Shown: positions 38,971-48,640 of the stretch, one piece after another
How the letters are laid out: every line of letters begins with the position of its first letter
Numbering within the stretch: position 1 is the first letter of the stretch
Virus record (IMG/VR): IMGVR_UViG_3300032132_000748
Strand: one strand, 5' to 3'
Length of the DNA: 64,000 bases
Source: a virus
Taxonomy: Duplodnaviria; Caudoviricetes
The notes under the pieces: model-generated
What the model saw: only the letters and a program-made list of their open reading frames with translations
Databases searched by the model: none
What the model was told of the DNA's origin: nothing
Program-made: the position numbers and the translations under genes

Positions 38971-39262
38971 TGACACCAAATATCGAAATTCTGTCTCGGG
39001 ATGCGAGTTTTTATTTAATATGCATATTAAATTAGACAAAACCGAAATTGATTGCAAATAGCCAAATTCTGTTACGGGATGTGAAGGTCTTATAAAAAAA
39101 TTGCCCAGCATTTTTTTAAGACTCCGAATTTACTGTAGACATAGAAATTCTTTCGAATTGATTACAAATATGAAAATCCTATCGCGAGATGGGTGATCTT
39201 ATATTTTATAAGGGATTATAAAATGAAACTGACAACAAATAAGGAAATTCTGTTACAGAATG
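38971..39262. repeat. Four degenerate ~33-bp direct repeats between convergent genes
   Basis: TGAYnnCAAATAnnnAAAT(T/C)CT.....G.GATG starting at 38971, 39049, 39159, 39230. Confidence 0.65.
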
Positions 39263-39288
39263 CCAAAGTTATAAAAAACCGGACCAGT

Positions 39289-40197
39289 TTATAAACTTCG
39301 CGCCCAACCCTTCTCGATCAAAAATTTTACAGAATCTGTTAGCTCTTTTCGATCAGATATTTTTATCCCCGATAAAATAATATCTTCTTTCAAGATATCA
39401 ATTAATTGACGACCAGTCTCGGAGTCCATCAGTTCTTTCATCATGGATACTTCCAGAGCTTTATGTTCTTCCGCTCTTTGCATAGATAATTTTTTCAAAA
39501 CCATTGGTTGTAATATTTCTGGTAACGCATCAAGAGCAGCCATACTAAAAGGTAATCTTCTTAAATCGGGGCCGCCTTGATCGACAATCCAATCATACAT
39601 TGGATCAGCAACTGCTTCATCTATAATGATCTGTGCTTTAGACTGCTCGCCCATCATCGAATATCCGATACATTCTTTTGGGCTCACAGGGATGTCCGAT
39701 ATTGAAGTAAACATCGTTCCATCCATTATGGTAAATACTTCGTAGGCTGAACCTTTTTTAAAGGTGTATTTGTTGTTAGAAGCACTGATGGCTATGTGGG
39801 GGGAGAATTTTTTCTTAAATGATGAAACACTGCTAACACCAGCTCCATAATGCCCGCTTACAAAACCTGTCATTGATCCACTATGTTCGTGGTATTGAAT
39901 ATTTTCATCAGTTGAGCCGAAGTGCTTAAAAATTTCTTTGGCCATTCCTAAAGCATTCGGAGGTTCTGTTGAACCTCCCGAAACACCGTTTGGAAAAAGT
40001 TTGCGACCTTCGGGAGTTTCAAACTGTTTTGTTCCGAATCCCGACACAAAACCTATTTCAATAGTTCCTGTTGCGTATATTTGATTATCATAAACTCCAA
40101 AATTAGAAGTTATTTCGTTATCGGGCCATCGACCTGCCTTATGTCTGTTGGACATAGAGCTAATTGTTGCACGTCTAGTTAAGTTATAATCTACCAT
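39289..40197 (-). CDS. Hypothetical protein
   Basis: 302-aa ORF overlapping the upstream gene end. Confidence 0.75.
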   Translation of the reverse strand: MVDYNLTRRATISSMSNRHKAGRWPDNEITSNFGVYDNQIYATGTIEIGFVSGFGTKQFETPEGRKLFPNGVSGGSTEPPNALGMAKEIFKHFGSTDENIQYHEHSGSMTGFVSGHYGAGVSSVSSFKKKFSPHIAISASNNKYTFKKGSAYEVFTIMDGTMFTSISDIPVSPKECIGYSMMGEQSKAQIIIDEAVADPMYDWIVDQGGPDLRRLPFSMAALDALPEILQPMVLKKLSMQRAEEHKALEVSMMKELMDSETGRQLIDILKEDIILSGIKISDRKELTDSVKFLIEKGWARSL

Positions 40198-40751
40198 TGC
40201 CGGTTACTTTCTAAATAATAATGATTATTTTCTTTTATTGCTCCGGCTCGCTCCCAGGCTTTAGTAGCTCCAGGAGATAGTGACGAAACACTGCTGCTAT
40301 AAATTTCCCCCACTAACTGAGAAATTAATTGTAATATTGCCGGATAAATACCAAATCCATGTAATGAAAGCTGGGCAACTGTAGTGGCCCATCTATCCCT
40401 AAAAAAGGCTCTTCCTGTTCCAAGCCTGTAACCATCTAATGAAATAACCCATAGTAATTTGCTGTAATCTTCATCTGATCTTATGGTCAGCAGTAAATCT
40501 CTGAAGTTAACATTCAAAAGTTCTTCTGGGAGATCCGCTCTATTGCGATATACCCAAGAATTACCTGCTAGGATCTGATTAATAGATAATTTCAGAGAGT
40601 CTAAAAAAATAATTTCAGGAAAGTCTCTAGCTTCTCGTTCCTCTTGATATAAACCATCAGCTCCTGGCCATTTTTTGTCACCAAAAGGTGTGAATTTGTT
40701 CAGCTTATAGTAGTAATGCTTCTCAAAAGTTTTAGGGTTTCGACGCCACAT
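40191..40751 (-). CDS. RRNP-motif protein with GNAT-like C-terminal half
   Basis: MWRRNP; LHGFGIY...SLSPGATKAWER. Confidence 0.6.
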   Translation of the reverse strand: MWRRNPKTFEKHYYYKLNKFTPFGDKKWPGADGLYQEEREARDFPEIIFLDSLKLSINQILAGNSWVYRNRADLPEELLNVNFRDLLLTIRSDEDYSKLLWVISLDGYRLGTGRAFFRDRWATTVAQLSLHGFGIYPAILQLISQLVGEIYSSSVSSLSPGATKAWERAGAIKENNHYYLESNRQW

Positions 40752-40820
40752 GAGTTTATTTTATCAAGTTATTGAAGATATTGGTTTCCCTTATATCCTT
40801 AGCTAGGAGCAAAAATAATT

Positions 40821-42047
40821 ATGCATAGAAAAGATCATCTCCGAGAACTTATCAAAACCGGAAAAAGTCAACAAGAACAAAATGAAGCTCATATCAAAAG
40901 ATATGAAGAAGAATTAAAAGAAATAAAACAAAAGGAGACACGACTCCCCAGCCCAAAGCTAACTGAGCTTCGCCAAACCTTACAGAGAAACCCAGGCTCT
41001 TTTAAAATCCGTCAGGAATTAACAATCCAGGCACTCGAAGAAGAGAACGGAACCTTTGTTGCTTGGCGTGGTGGGGAGGGAACCCCTCCAGAGGCACAGT
41101 TTGTTGAAATCGAGCAACCACTATTTAATTCAGAAAATGTTTTAGATAATCCTCCGATTGTTAAACAACATTTTCACGTTCTCTCTGTATTGGATAATAT
41201 TAATGATTTGAAGGGTTTGTTGGATGTAGTTCAACCGGATTGCATGATTACGCTGCCCCAGCACGATTTGCACTACTTCTCTGAGTTTCAGACGGAACCT
41301 ACTACATATGTAGTAGAAGGATCTGACGTTCCAGTAGAGAATCTAGTTCCTTTTAATCATAAATCGGATAATATATCAGATAAGATTAATTTAGCTGGTG
41401 AAACAGCCGGAGAAACTACCATTGGAGGTAGAACAAAAGGGCTTCTTCAAAGAATTTATCAACCCTTGTATGATACTAATACAGTAGCCACTTCGGGATC
41501 GGGTCAACTAAACTTTTTCCAGGTTCCTTTAGGTGGAAGAATAGCAGGAAGCACTACGCCTAAAACTCAAGTTGATACCAATATGGATCAAGGGGGGAGT
41601 CTTCCTTATCCAAAGAACTTCAAAGTAACTGGAATAAGTGTTATACCGGACGCTTCTGCTAGCTATGAAGACGCAGCAAAGGTGCTTGACGGATCCTGGT
41701 TCCGACTATTTATCGGGACACAGGACTATTACGTGTCTCCTACGCTCCCTCTAGCCTTTGCTCCCGGTAAGCGTAGTCCTGGTATGAGCTTCAGAGTAAA
41801 CAACCCCTTGCGACCCGTTTACTGTTTTCCAGAGCCTATTAGCTTGATTCCCCAGCAAAATTTCCGGGTAGAGCTTAATTTCCCGAAACCTTTTACTAAA
41901 GATAACGCTCTTAGTGAACCTTTACGTATCCGTGTAGTTCTTCATGGATATTTCTATCGAGAAGTTATGGAGATGTTTAAGAGTTTAAAAGCTTTTGATT
42001 ACAGCAGCCAACGTTTAGGTTCCTACGAAGCTGAATCTAAGTTGTAA
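40821..42047 (+). CDS. Chimeric protein: unique N-terminus, third capsid-protein paralogue, C-terminal peptide from the core protein
   Basis: GLLQRIYQPLYDTNTVATSG..QLNFFQVPLGG...TNMDQGGSLPYPKNF...LIPQQNFR; ends YSSQRLGSYEAES. Confidence 0.85.
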   Translation: MHRKDHLRELIKTGKSQQEQNEAHIKRYEEELKEIKQKETRLPSPKLTELRQTLQRNPGSFKIRQELTIQALEEENGTFVAWRGGEGTPPEAQFVEIEQPLFNSENVLDNPPIVKQHFHVLSVLDNINDLKGLLDVVQPDCMITLPQHDLHYFSEFQTEPTTYVVEGSDVPVENLVPFNHKSDNISDKINLAGETAGETTIGGRTKGLLQRIYQPLYDTNTVATSGSGQLNFFQVPLGGRIAGSTTPKTQVDTNMDQGGSLPYPKNFKVTGISVIPDASASYEDAAKVLDGSWFRLFIGTQDYYVSPTLPLAFAPGKRSPGMSFRVNNPLRPVYCFPEPISLIPQQNFRVELNFPKPFTKDNALSEPLRIRVVLHGYFYREVMEMFKSLKAFDYSSQRLGSYEAESKL

Positions 42048-42076
42048 TTCCTAGACATATCTAATATCATTTAGAT

Positions 42077-42667
42077 ATGTCAGACGAAAGATTAAGAAAG
42101 CTAGAGCGGGCGGCCCGAAACGGGGATCCAACCGCTCTAGCTTTGTATATAGCCGGATGCAGAAGAGTGGCTATTAGACCCGAACATGGGCTTGCTTGCC
42201 TCCATATTAGAAATACGATCAGGGCAGTAGACCCTTTAGGAGAAGTTTCTTTTAATCAATTAGGGTTTTGGGTGATCGAAGCTCTTGCTACCGATGTAGC
42301 TTTATATACCGATTGCGATTTTCAAGATTACTGCGCAGAAGATAAAACAGATATTCAGGAGTGGTTTGTATTACCGACACAAGAGGAATTAACTATTCTT
42401 AAAGAGCAACACCGTAACCCATTTTTTAGAAATGAACCTTGGTCACCGGCACTATTACTTCAATATACGGAAGAAAGCAACCAAGATCCGAGAATACATG
42501 TTATACCTCCTGAATGGGATCTTCCGAGGGCTGGGTTACTTAAGGTAGATACTAAGAATACCTACTCGGATATTATTTTAAGAGCTTCTAACCCTCCCCA
42601 TATGTGTTATGGCAATTGCTACTGCCAAGCATGTATTATACATGGGTGCTGTTCCTACGAAGACTAA
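42077..42667 (+). CDS. Hypothetical protein with DERLRKLERAARNGD N-terminus and Cys-rich tail
   Basis: N-terminal motif shared with 33733..34671. Confidence 0.75.
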   Translation: MSDERLRKLERAARNGDPTALALYIAGCRRVAIRPEHGLACLHIRNTIRAVDPLGEVSFNQLGFWVIEALATDVALYTDCDFQDYCAEDKTDIQEWFVLPTQEELTILKEQHRNPFFRNEPWSPALLLQYTEESNQDPRIHVIPPEWDLPRAGLLKVDTKNTYSDIILRASNPPHMCYGNCYCQACIIHGCCSYED

Positions 42668-42720
42668 TCTTTAATTCGGACAAACCTTGCTTAGACCCTT
42701 GTAAACAGTAGCATAAGGCT

Positions 42721-44718
42721 ATGAGTGCAGTAACCCTACACCTAGCAGGTGATAAACTATTAATATCCTTCGATTATAATGAAACAATTGTTTCAAAATT
42801 GAAGAGAATCCCTGGTTGCCGCTGGAAGAAAACCCTAGGTAGGTGGGAAGCCCCTTTAGCAAACTATAGTAGAATCGTTGATTCACTGAATAATGTTATA
42901 GTGTCTACTGCTGTGATGAAACGTCTTGCTGACGAAGCAGCCTTAACACGTAAGGTTGAGATATTAAAAGCAAAAACCTATCATGAACTAGAAGACTACT
43001 CTCCCAAAGTTCCTTTAATGTCCCACCAGAAAAAAGCATTCGAGTTACATCGTATGTTAAAAGGTAGCGGTAACTTCGGGGAAATGGGCTCTGGCAAAAC
43101 GGCATCAGCTATTTGTTCAATTCATTGGCATATAGAGACCGGAAATATCGAAAACGCACTAGTTGTTTGTCCTAAATCAGTTCTCCGGGGCTGGGAAGAA
43201 CAAATTGAGTTCTTTTCTGACCTAAGTTTTATCTCTTTGGTAGGGACTAAACCCGAAAGAATAAGAAAATTAGGACTAAAGAAAGATATTTACCTAATTA
43301 ACTACGCTGGAGCCCGAATTATGGAGGAAGTCCTCCTCGAAAAGGGCTTTAATATGGTAATTACGGACGAAGCTCACCGAATTAAGAACCCACAATCAAA
43401 ACAAAGTAAGGCTTGTTACAACTTAGCAGACAAAGCGGAGTGGAAAATTGCTCTGACGGGCTCCCCTGTATTGAATACAGCACTAGATGCCTTCGGAGTC
43501 ATGCGTTTTATTGATCCAACTGTCTTCGGAGAGAGCTTTTTCGCCTTTCGTAACAAGTATTTTAAGAATGTTGGACCAGAAAACTCACCAATTCAAATTT
43601 ATATACCGCAAGGTGGTGCGGAAAAGGTAATTTCAGACAAGTTAGATACCAGATCGATACGTGTTCTTAAAGATGAGTGTATGGATTTGCCTGTTGCGGT
43701 CCACTTACCTAACAGAATTGTATACTTAAGCCCACAACAAGACCGAGTTTATCGAGATTTGCAAGAAAACTTAGCTGCACAGCTTAGTGAAAACAAATCT
43801 ATTAAAATTAATCACGTATTAACTTTAATGTTGAAGCTTAACCAAATCACTTCTGGTTGGTATAAGGACTCAGATACCGGTGAAATTACACACTTCAAGA
43901 CAAATCCCAAGTTTAATGCCCTAAAAGAGGTAGTAACGGACGCCGGTGAGCAAGCAATTATCATTTGGGCCTACTACAAGGAGGATATGAAGCTAATAAC
44001 TAACTATTACGGACGTTGTCAGAAGTGTAAAGAGTCTGTAAATTTAGTTGGTGGCGAAAAATGTCCCAAATGCCACACTGTAATTAAAAACAGATGTTCA
44101 GAAGTGCAGGGTTCGACTAAAAGAAGAAACGCAGAAATAGCTAGATTCAGATTTACTCCAGAAGAAAGAGCAAAATTACGCGCTAGATTCATAGAAGAGG
44201 GGATGAAAGCGACTGAAATTAGAGATGAACTAGGAGATTTATTAGACGATGGTAGTGAACCCCCACAAAGTAATATATTTGCAGCACAAGTTACCGCAGC
44301 TTCTGAGGGCCTTAACCTTCAACGAAGCACTATGTCCGTCTTTTATAGTCGAAACTGGTCACTAAAAGACTGGGTTCAAGCTCTGGCTAGAAATCACCGT
44401 AAGGGACAAACAAAGAAGGTGACCTACGTTAACCTCGTAGCCCAAATGCAGAGCGGTGACCCTACTGTTGACCAACGTATCGTTGATGCCCTCACTAAAA
44501 AGGAAAATCTCTCTAAAAGGATCAACAAAGACGATATCAAGTTGCTAACTGGAAATTACAAAAAGAAAAATCGGGAAGCTTTTAAGGATATTGTCATTGA
44601 AGAGGAGAAAAAAGAGATGGATCGCCCTAAGCAAGAAGACGACCCATCGGACAACGGCGAAGCCCCTCCTGAGTTTACAGCACCCTCTGAGCCTCCCACA
44701 CAAGGAGGTCTGTTCTAA
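42721..44718 (+). CDS. SNF2-family helicase with N-terminal HARP-like domain and Zn-ribbon insert
   Basis: EMGSGKT, DEAH, LTGSP, EGLNLQ, QA.ARNHR.GQ; CxxC...CxxC insert. Confidence 0.92.
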   Translation: MSAVTLHLAGDKLLISFDYNETIVSKLKRIPGCRWKKTLGRWEAPLANYSRIVDSLNNVIVSTAVMKRLADEAALTRKVEILKAKTYHELEDYSPKVPLMSHQKKAFELHRMLKGSGNFGEMGSGKTASAICSIHWHIETGNIENALVVCPKSVLRGWEEQIEFFSDLSFISLVGTKPERIRKLGLKKDIYLINYAGARIMEEVLLEKGFNMVITDEAHRIKNPQSKQSKACYNLADKAEWKIALTGSPVLNTALDAFGVMRFIDPTVFGESFFAFRNKYFKNVGPENSPIQIYIPQGGAEKVISDKLDTRSIRVLKDECMDLPVAVHLPNRIVYLSPQQDRVYRDLQENLAAQLSENKSIKINHVLTLMLKLNQITSGWYKDSDTGEITHFKTNPKFNALKEVVTDAGEQAIIIWAYYKEDMKLITNYYGRCQKCKESVNLVGGEKCPKCHTVIKNRCSEVQGSTKRRNAEIARFRFTPEERAKLRARFIEEGMKATEIRDELGDLLDDGSEPPQSNIFAAQVTAASEGLNLQRSTMSVFYSRNWSLKDWVQALARNHRKGQTKKVTYVNLVAQMQSGDPTVDQRIVDALTKKENLSKRINKDDIKLLTGNYKKKNREAFKDIVIEEEKKEMDRPKQEDDPSDNGEAPPEFTAPSEPPTQGGLF

Positions 44719-45146
44719 TGAATTGTGGATGTGATTACTGCACAGAAAAGATCTGTGAGCTAGAAGAGTTATTTAAGACTAATAAAAATATCTATAAAAT
44801 CGATATTAGTAGAACGGTAAACGTCACTCTTACCTCAAAAAAGGAATTAACCGAACAAGAACGAAATGAAATATATGAATTAGAAGGTAAAGCCGTCTCA
44901 TATCTATCAATAGACGGCTTAGATTTTCGTCTTAAAGCTCCCCCAAAAAAACCTTTGAGCCGTCTCTATCCTGAGAAACAAATTTCAATAGCAGATTACT
45001 ATAAACATACACCAAAAGGCTGCCTCAGATGCATCAAACTTCTAAGCAGAGGGGCGCAACCTGAGCGACTAGGGACACAAATTTGCGGATGTCTTTGGCA
45101 AATTAACGATGAACAATCAATAATATATAAACGAAAATCAAAATGA
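44718..45146 (+). CDS. Cys-containing hypothetical protein
   Basis: TAATG coupling. Confidence 0.65.
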   Translation: MNCGCDYCTEKICELEELFKTNKNIYKIDISRTVNVTLTSKKELTEQERNEIYELEGKAVSYLSIDGLDFRLKAPPKKPLSRLYPEKQISIADYYKHTPKGCLRCIKLLSRGAQPERLGTQICGCLWQINDEQSIIYKRKSK

Positions 45147-45328
45147 CTGAACAGCTTACCTCCCGAGGCCAAACCCAAGATGGCCTTACCTTTACCTGCC
45201 CCCGCCACGGAAAACAAGGATTCCATTCTATGTCCTGGGCATTACCTGAATACACTGGAATTCAATTAACTTGTGGTTGCTTTTGGCGAGCAAACAAAGA
45301 CGGGTCCTTAACCCATAGAAGAGTATAG
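45143..45328 (+). CDS. Small Zn-binding-like protein
   Basis: CPRHG...CGC; ATGA coupling. Confidence 0.6.
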   Translation: MTEQLTSRGQTQDGLTFTCPRHGKQGFHSMSWALPEYTGIQLTCGCFWRANKDGSLTHRRV

Positions 45329-45633
45329 TGAATAACAAAGAAGAAATTATAGAAGCCTTAATTCACGGACGTTTACGCGAAGTAAATAAGCGTTGGCCTA
45401 AAATTTTTGGGAAAAATAAATTCCAAGAGTTTGAACGATGGATAGCGACCCAAAAAGATGAAGAGCTAATTACAATAACTTTTAATCTAGGCGGTCAAAC
45501 TACCAATAACCAGATGGAAAACTATAGTTGCATCCTTTCCGGCTCACCCGTCTACCAAAATGGATGTATCGAAGTTTCGGGGATGAGTTTTTCACCCTCG
45601 TCGAATTTCCCCTTTGGCTATCTTTTTTCTTAG
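45328..45633 (+). CDS. Hypothetical protein
   Basis: TAGTG coupling. Confidence 0.55.
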   Translation: MNNKEEIIEALIHGRLREVNKRWPKIFGKNKFQEFERWIATQKDEELITITFNLGGQTTNNQMENYSCILSGSPVYQNGCIEVSGMSFSPSSNFPFGYLFS

Positions 45634-45644
45634 AGGATTTTAAA

Positions 45645-45968
45645 ATGATGTGTCCCGAATGCGGAACCCAGGATGCCCAACAATTACTACTAACTATTCG
45701 CTGCTCTAATAATAAATGCAAACACTATGATGTTAAGCACGAAATACAAGTAACTAAGAACCGGCTTGCAGAGGTGGATAAACAAATTACTAGTTTAGAG
45801 AAACAAAAAAAGGTTTTAAAGAGTCATCTCCAAAATCTAGGCGGGTTAGTAGTAGAAGATCCTTTTGATTCAGCCATAAAAGCTTATTTACAAAGAAAAC
45901 TTCAGATAGATATGGTCCAAGAACTTAACGGAGTATTAATAGAGAAATCCATATCTTTCACTTCCTAG
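45645..45968 (+). CDS. Zn-ribbon/coiled-coil protein ending in a peptide copied from 19111..21912
   Basis: GAGGA RBS before ATG 45645; CPECG...C....C; EDPFDSAIKAYLQRKLQIDMV. Confidence 0.75.
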   Translation: MMCPECGTQDAQQLLLTIRCSNNKCKHYDVKHEIQVTKNRLAEVDKQITSLEKQKKVLKSHLQNLGGLVVEDPFDSAIKAYLQRKLQIDMVQELNGVLIEKSISFTS

Positions 45969-46630
45969 CGCAACTATCTCATCAATATTTGGAATCAACT
46001 TATAGGTTTCTAAACTATTTAATTTTGAGTTACTCGGATCTAGCAGTTCTGATATTCTTGGGCTGTAGTGAGGTTCTACTCCTACAAACTCAAATAACTC
46101 TTGAACCATTTCGAGGCTTTTTGGTAATGATCGATAAAGATCTCATAAAAAATGTTTAAATGAGATAACTGGTTATCCTGAATATACTTGTCATACTGGA
46201 CAAAGGATACCTCTCTTCTTTTCAGGTCAGCTTTAAAGGATTTTATATCAATTTTATGATATTTATGGTTCTTGACTACAGATCGATCAGTATCCCAGTG
46301 TTTTGATTGGCGAGATATGGAATGAGATAGGACTCCCTGTAGATGGTTTTTTCTTCGAAGCACAATTATAACTTCTGCTGATGAGAGAATTCTTTTATTT
46401 GCTTCAAGGGAGCCTTGACCTACAAGGTGCTTGAACCCGTTACACTCAGACCACAATTCTTTCAAACCTTTTTTTGTTAAAGAATATTGCTTTATCTGGT
46501 ATTTCCTGGTATGTCTACCTTTGTTAAAGGGCTCCCCTATTAGTTTAAGTTGGGGATGTGATCCCATAACACGAACTAAAGTGGACGACCCACTTCTAGG
46601 CTGCCCAAAAATGATAAAACGTTTACTCAT
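45936..46630 (-). pseudogene. Stf0-like PAPS-dependent sulfotransferase with a 1-nt frameshift near 46142
   Basis: PRSGSS 5'PSB motif, HP...GEPFN, LRRKN.L..S; the YE|DL motif is split and the C-terminus continues in the -1 frame to a stop at 45936. Confidence 0.8.
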
Positions 46631-46717
46631 TACAACAGTATACCTTAGATTGTCGCATACAGTCCATAACCATTGCCCACATCATCTTCCCTGCAATAAT
46701 AAGGTAGGGAAGATAAA

Positions 46718-47374
46718 ATGCTTAAACAGAGTAAGAAAAAAGTAAAAACATTTGTTAAATTTTTACGAAATAAGTTGTTGTTAGAGGGGCTCTCCAAGCC
46801 CTATATCCATTCAATGGATGATGATACTGTTCTCGATAGCTTTAGAAAATGTGCTGATTGTGACGAAGTGATCTGCACTAAAGATCAACAAATGCATGCT
46901 ATTCTTGAGTTTGATACCCCAGAACGGGTTTTTGAGGTCCTTTACGAGGAAGATCAACCCCATGACTCATCAGAAGATGAAAACGATGAAGACGAAGGCG
47001 AGGAATATGAAGATATCAAGCAAATCAATTTCAATTTTGAAGATCTAGAACTAACAGATCTAGCCGAACTTGACCTAGACGAAGATGAGGCGGAACTAGT
47101 AGATGAGATTTGTGAAGGTTGTTTCGACGCTATCGTGAAACATTTTGGTGAAGAAGATGATGGCCCTTCTGGTGCGCATAAAGCTATTGATGACGCAGAG
47201 GATGAGGAAATAGTCCGAGGAAAATGGATTCTTGATGGAACCACAACCATGACCCAAATGATTGACAACTTAGAAAACTTTATAGAATATATGAAGAAGC
47301 TAAGAGAGTCTGGTTTCGAATTAGCCCACCCAATAGAGGACGATTATGGATACCTTATCAAAAGAAAAGGATAG
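46718..47374 (+). CDS. Highly acidic hypothetical protein
   Basis: D/E-rich with CxxC motifs. Confidence 0.75.
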   Translation: MLKQSKKKVKTFVKFLRNKLLLEGLSKPYIHSMDDDTVLDSFRKCADCDEVICTKDQQMHAILEFDTPERVFEVLYEEDQPHDSSEDENDEDEGEEYEDIKQINFNFEDLELTDLAELDLDEDEAELVDEICEGCFDAIVKHFGEEDDGPSGAHKAIDDAEDEEIVRGKWILDGTTTMTQMIDNLENFIEYMKKLRESGFELAHPIEDDYGYLIKRKG

Positions 47375-47684
47375 TGGAGCAACTCCAATACTCTCAAAGG
47401 AGGCTCTTTGCCAAGAATGCGGGACGGGGTTAGACGCTAACTGTAATAAAATTTATGGAATGTGGCTGTGTGACTCTTGTGAGAATAGTCAGGTTACTAA
47501 AGCCGTAGTTGTTGCTTATACCAATTACAAAGGCACTACCGCAGTCCGATCAATCATCCCCAAAACAATTTATTTTGGCTCAAATGAGTGGCATAAGGAG
47601 CCCCAGTGGCTTCTAACGGCTTTTGATTTGGACAAAAATGCAGATAGGCACTTTGCTATGGCGGATATCCATAGCTGGCAATAA
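47346..47684 (+). CDS. WYL-domain protein with N-terminal Zn finger
   Basis: YTNYKG...R.I.P....FG..EWH..PQWLL.AFDLDK.A.R.FA. Confidence 0.8.
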   Translation: MDTLSKEKDSGATPILSKEALCQECGTGLDANCNKIYGMWLCDSCENSQVTKAVVVAYTNYKGTTAVRSIIPKTIYFGSNEWHKEPQWLLTAFDLDKNADRHFAMADIHSWQ

Positions 47685-47686
47685 CT

Positions 47687-48640
47687 ATGCTCAAACACAT
47701 AATAAAATCACAACAATTTAGTCCTGAAGAAATTCAGAAACTATTTCTACGTACTGCTCAAATGCAGCAACAGTTCATTAATCCTGTAGGAAGAACTGTG
47801 TTAAGACAAAGTTTCTTAACTAATAAATTGTTGTTTAACATTTTTTACGAACCTTCAACAAGAACTAGGTTTAGCTTTGCAGCCGCTGCCAACCATCTAG
47901 GTATGCAAGTAGTTGATACCGAAGCTGCTAATCATTTCTCGTCTGTGACGAAGGGCGAGACACTAGAAGATACGATAAAAGTTCTCTGTCAGTATTATCC
48001 CGATGCAATTGTTTTAAGGCACGATCAAACTGGCGCAGCCGAGCGTGCAGCGGCAGTAAGTAATTGCCCTATTATCAATGCTGGAGACGGAAAAGGGCAG
48101 CATCCCACACAGGCACTTCTTGATTTATATACTGTCTGGAAGCGGTTAAAAACTCTTAACGGTCTGACAATTCTAGTTGGGGGTGATCTTGCCCATGGAC
48201 GTACTGTGCGCTCCTTGGTTTATTTATTTTCCAAGTTCCAAGGAACTCAATTTATATTCTGTTCTCCAGAACAACTGAGAATGCTACCAGACATTAAAGA
48301 ACACTTGGAAGAAAATAACATAGTTTACACGGAAGTTTTTGAGAATGCTAACAAGGTTCTCCCTTTAGCTGATGTTGTCTATTGGACACGGGTTCAAGCC
48401 GAGCGAATTGAGGATCCAAACTTGGATCCCGAAGAACTTAGAAAACAATTTGTAATAAACACAGAGAGTATGGCTTTCATGAAACCATATTCTGTATTAA
48501 TGCACCCACTGCCTCGGGTTGGTGAAATTACTACCGACTGCGACCGAGATGTTAGGGCTGCTTATTTTGAACAAGCAGGTAATGGCATGTTTGTTCGGAT
48601 GGCTCTACTAGAGAACATACTTAAAAAAGACGGCATTTAA
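47687..48640 (+). CDS. pyrB: Aspartate carbamoyltransferase catalytic subunit
   Basis: FYEPSTRTR.SF, KGETLEDT, INAGDG..QHPTQ.LLD, GDL..GRTV.SL, TRVQ.ER, MHPLPR. Confidence 0.96.
   Translation: MLKHIIKSQQFSPEEIQKLFLRTAQMQQQFINPVGRTVLRQSFLTNKLLFNIFYEPSTRTRFSFAAAANHLGMQVVDTEAANHFSSVTKGETLEDTIKVLCQYYPDAIVLRHDQTGAAERAAAVSNCPIINAGDGKGQHPTQALLDLYTVWKRLKTLNGLTILVGGDLAHGRTVRSLVYLFSKFQGTQFIFCSPEQLRMLPDIKEHLEENNIVYTEVFENANKVLPLADVVYWTRVQAERIEDPNLDPEELRKQFVINTESMAFMKPYSVLMHPLPRVGEITTDCDRDVRAAYFEQAGNGMFVRMALLENILKKDGI

Noticed and set aside
38971-39262. CRISPR array
   Set aside because: Repeats too divergent, spacing irregular, no cas genes in the window
46147-46152. Programmed -1 frameshift on the T6 run in the sulfotransferase
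   Set aside because: The -1 frame has TGA immediately after the run
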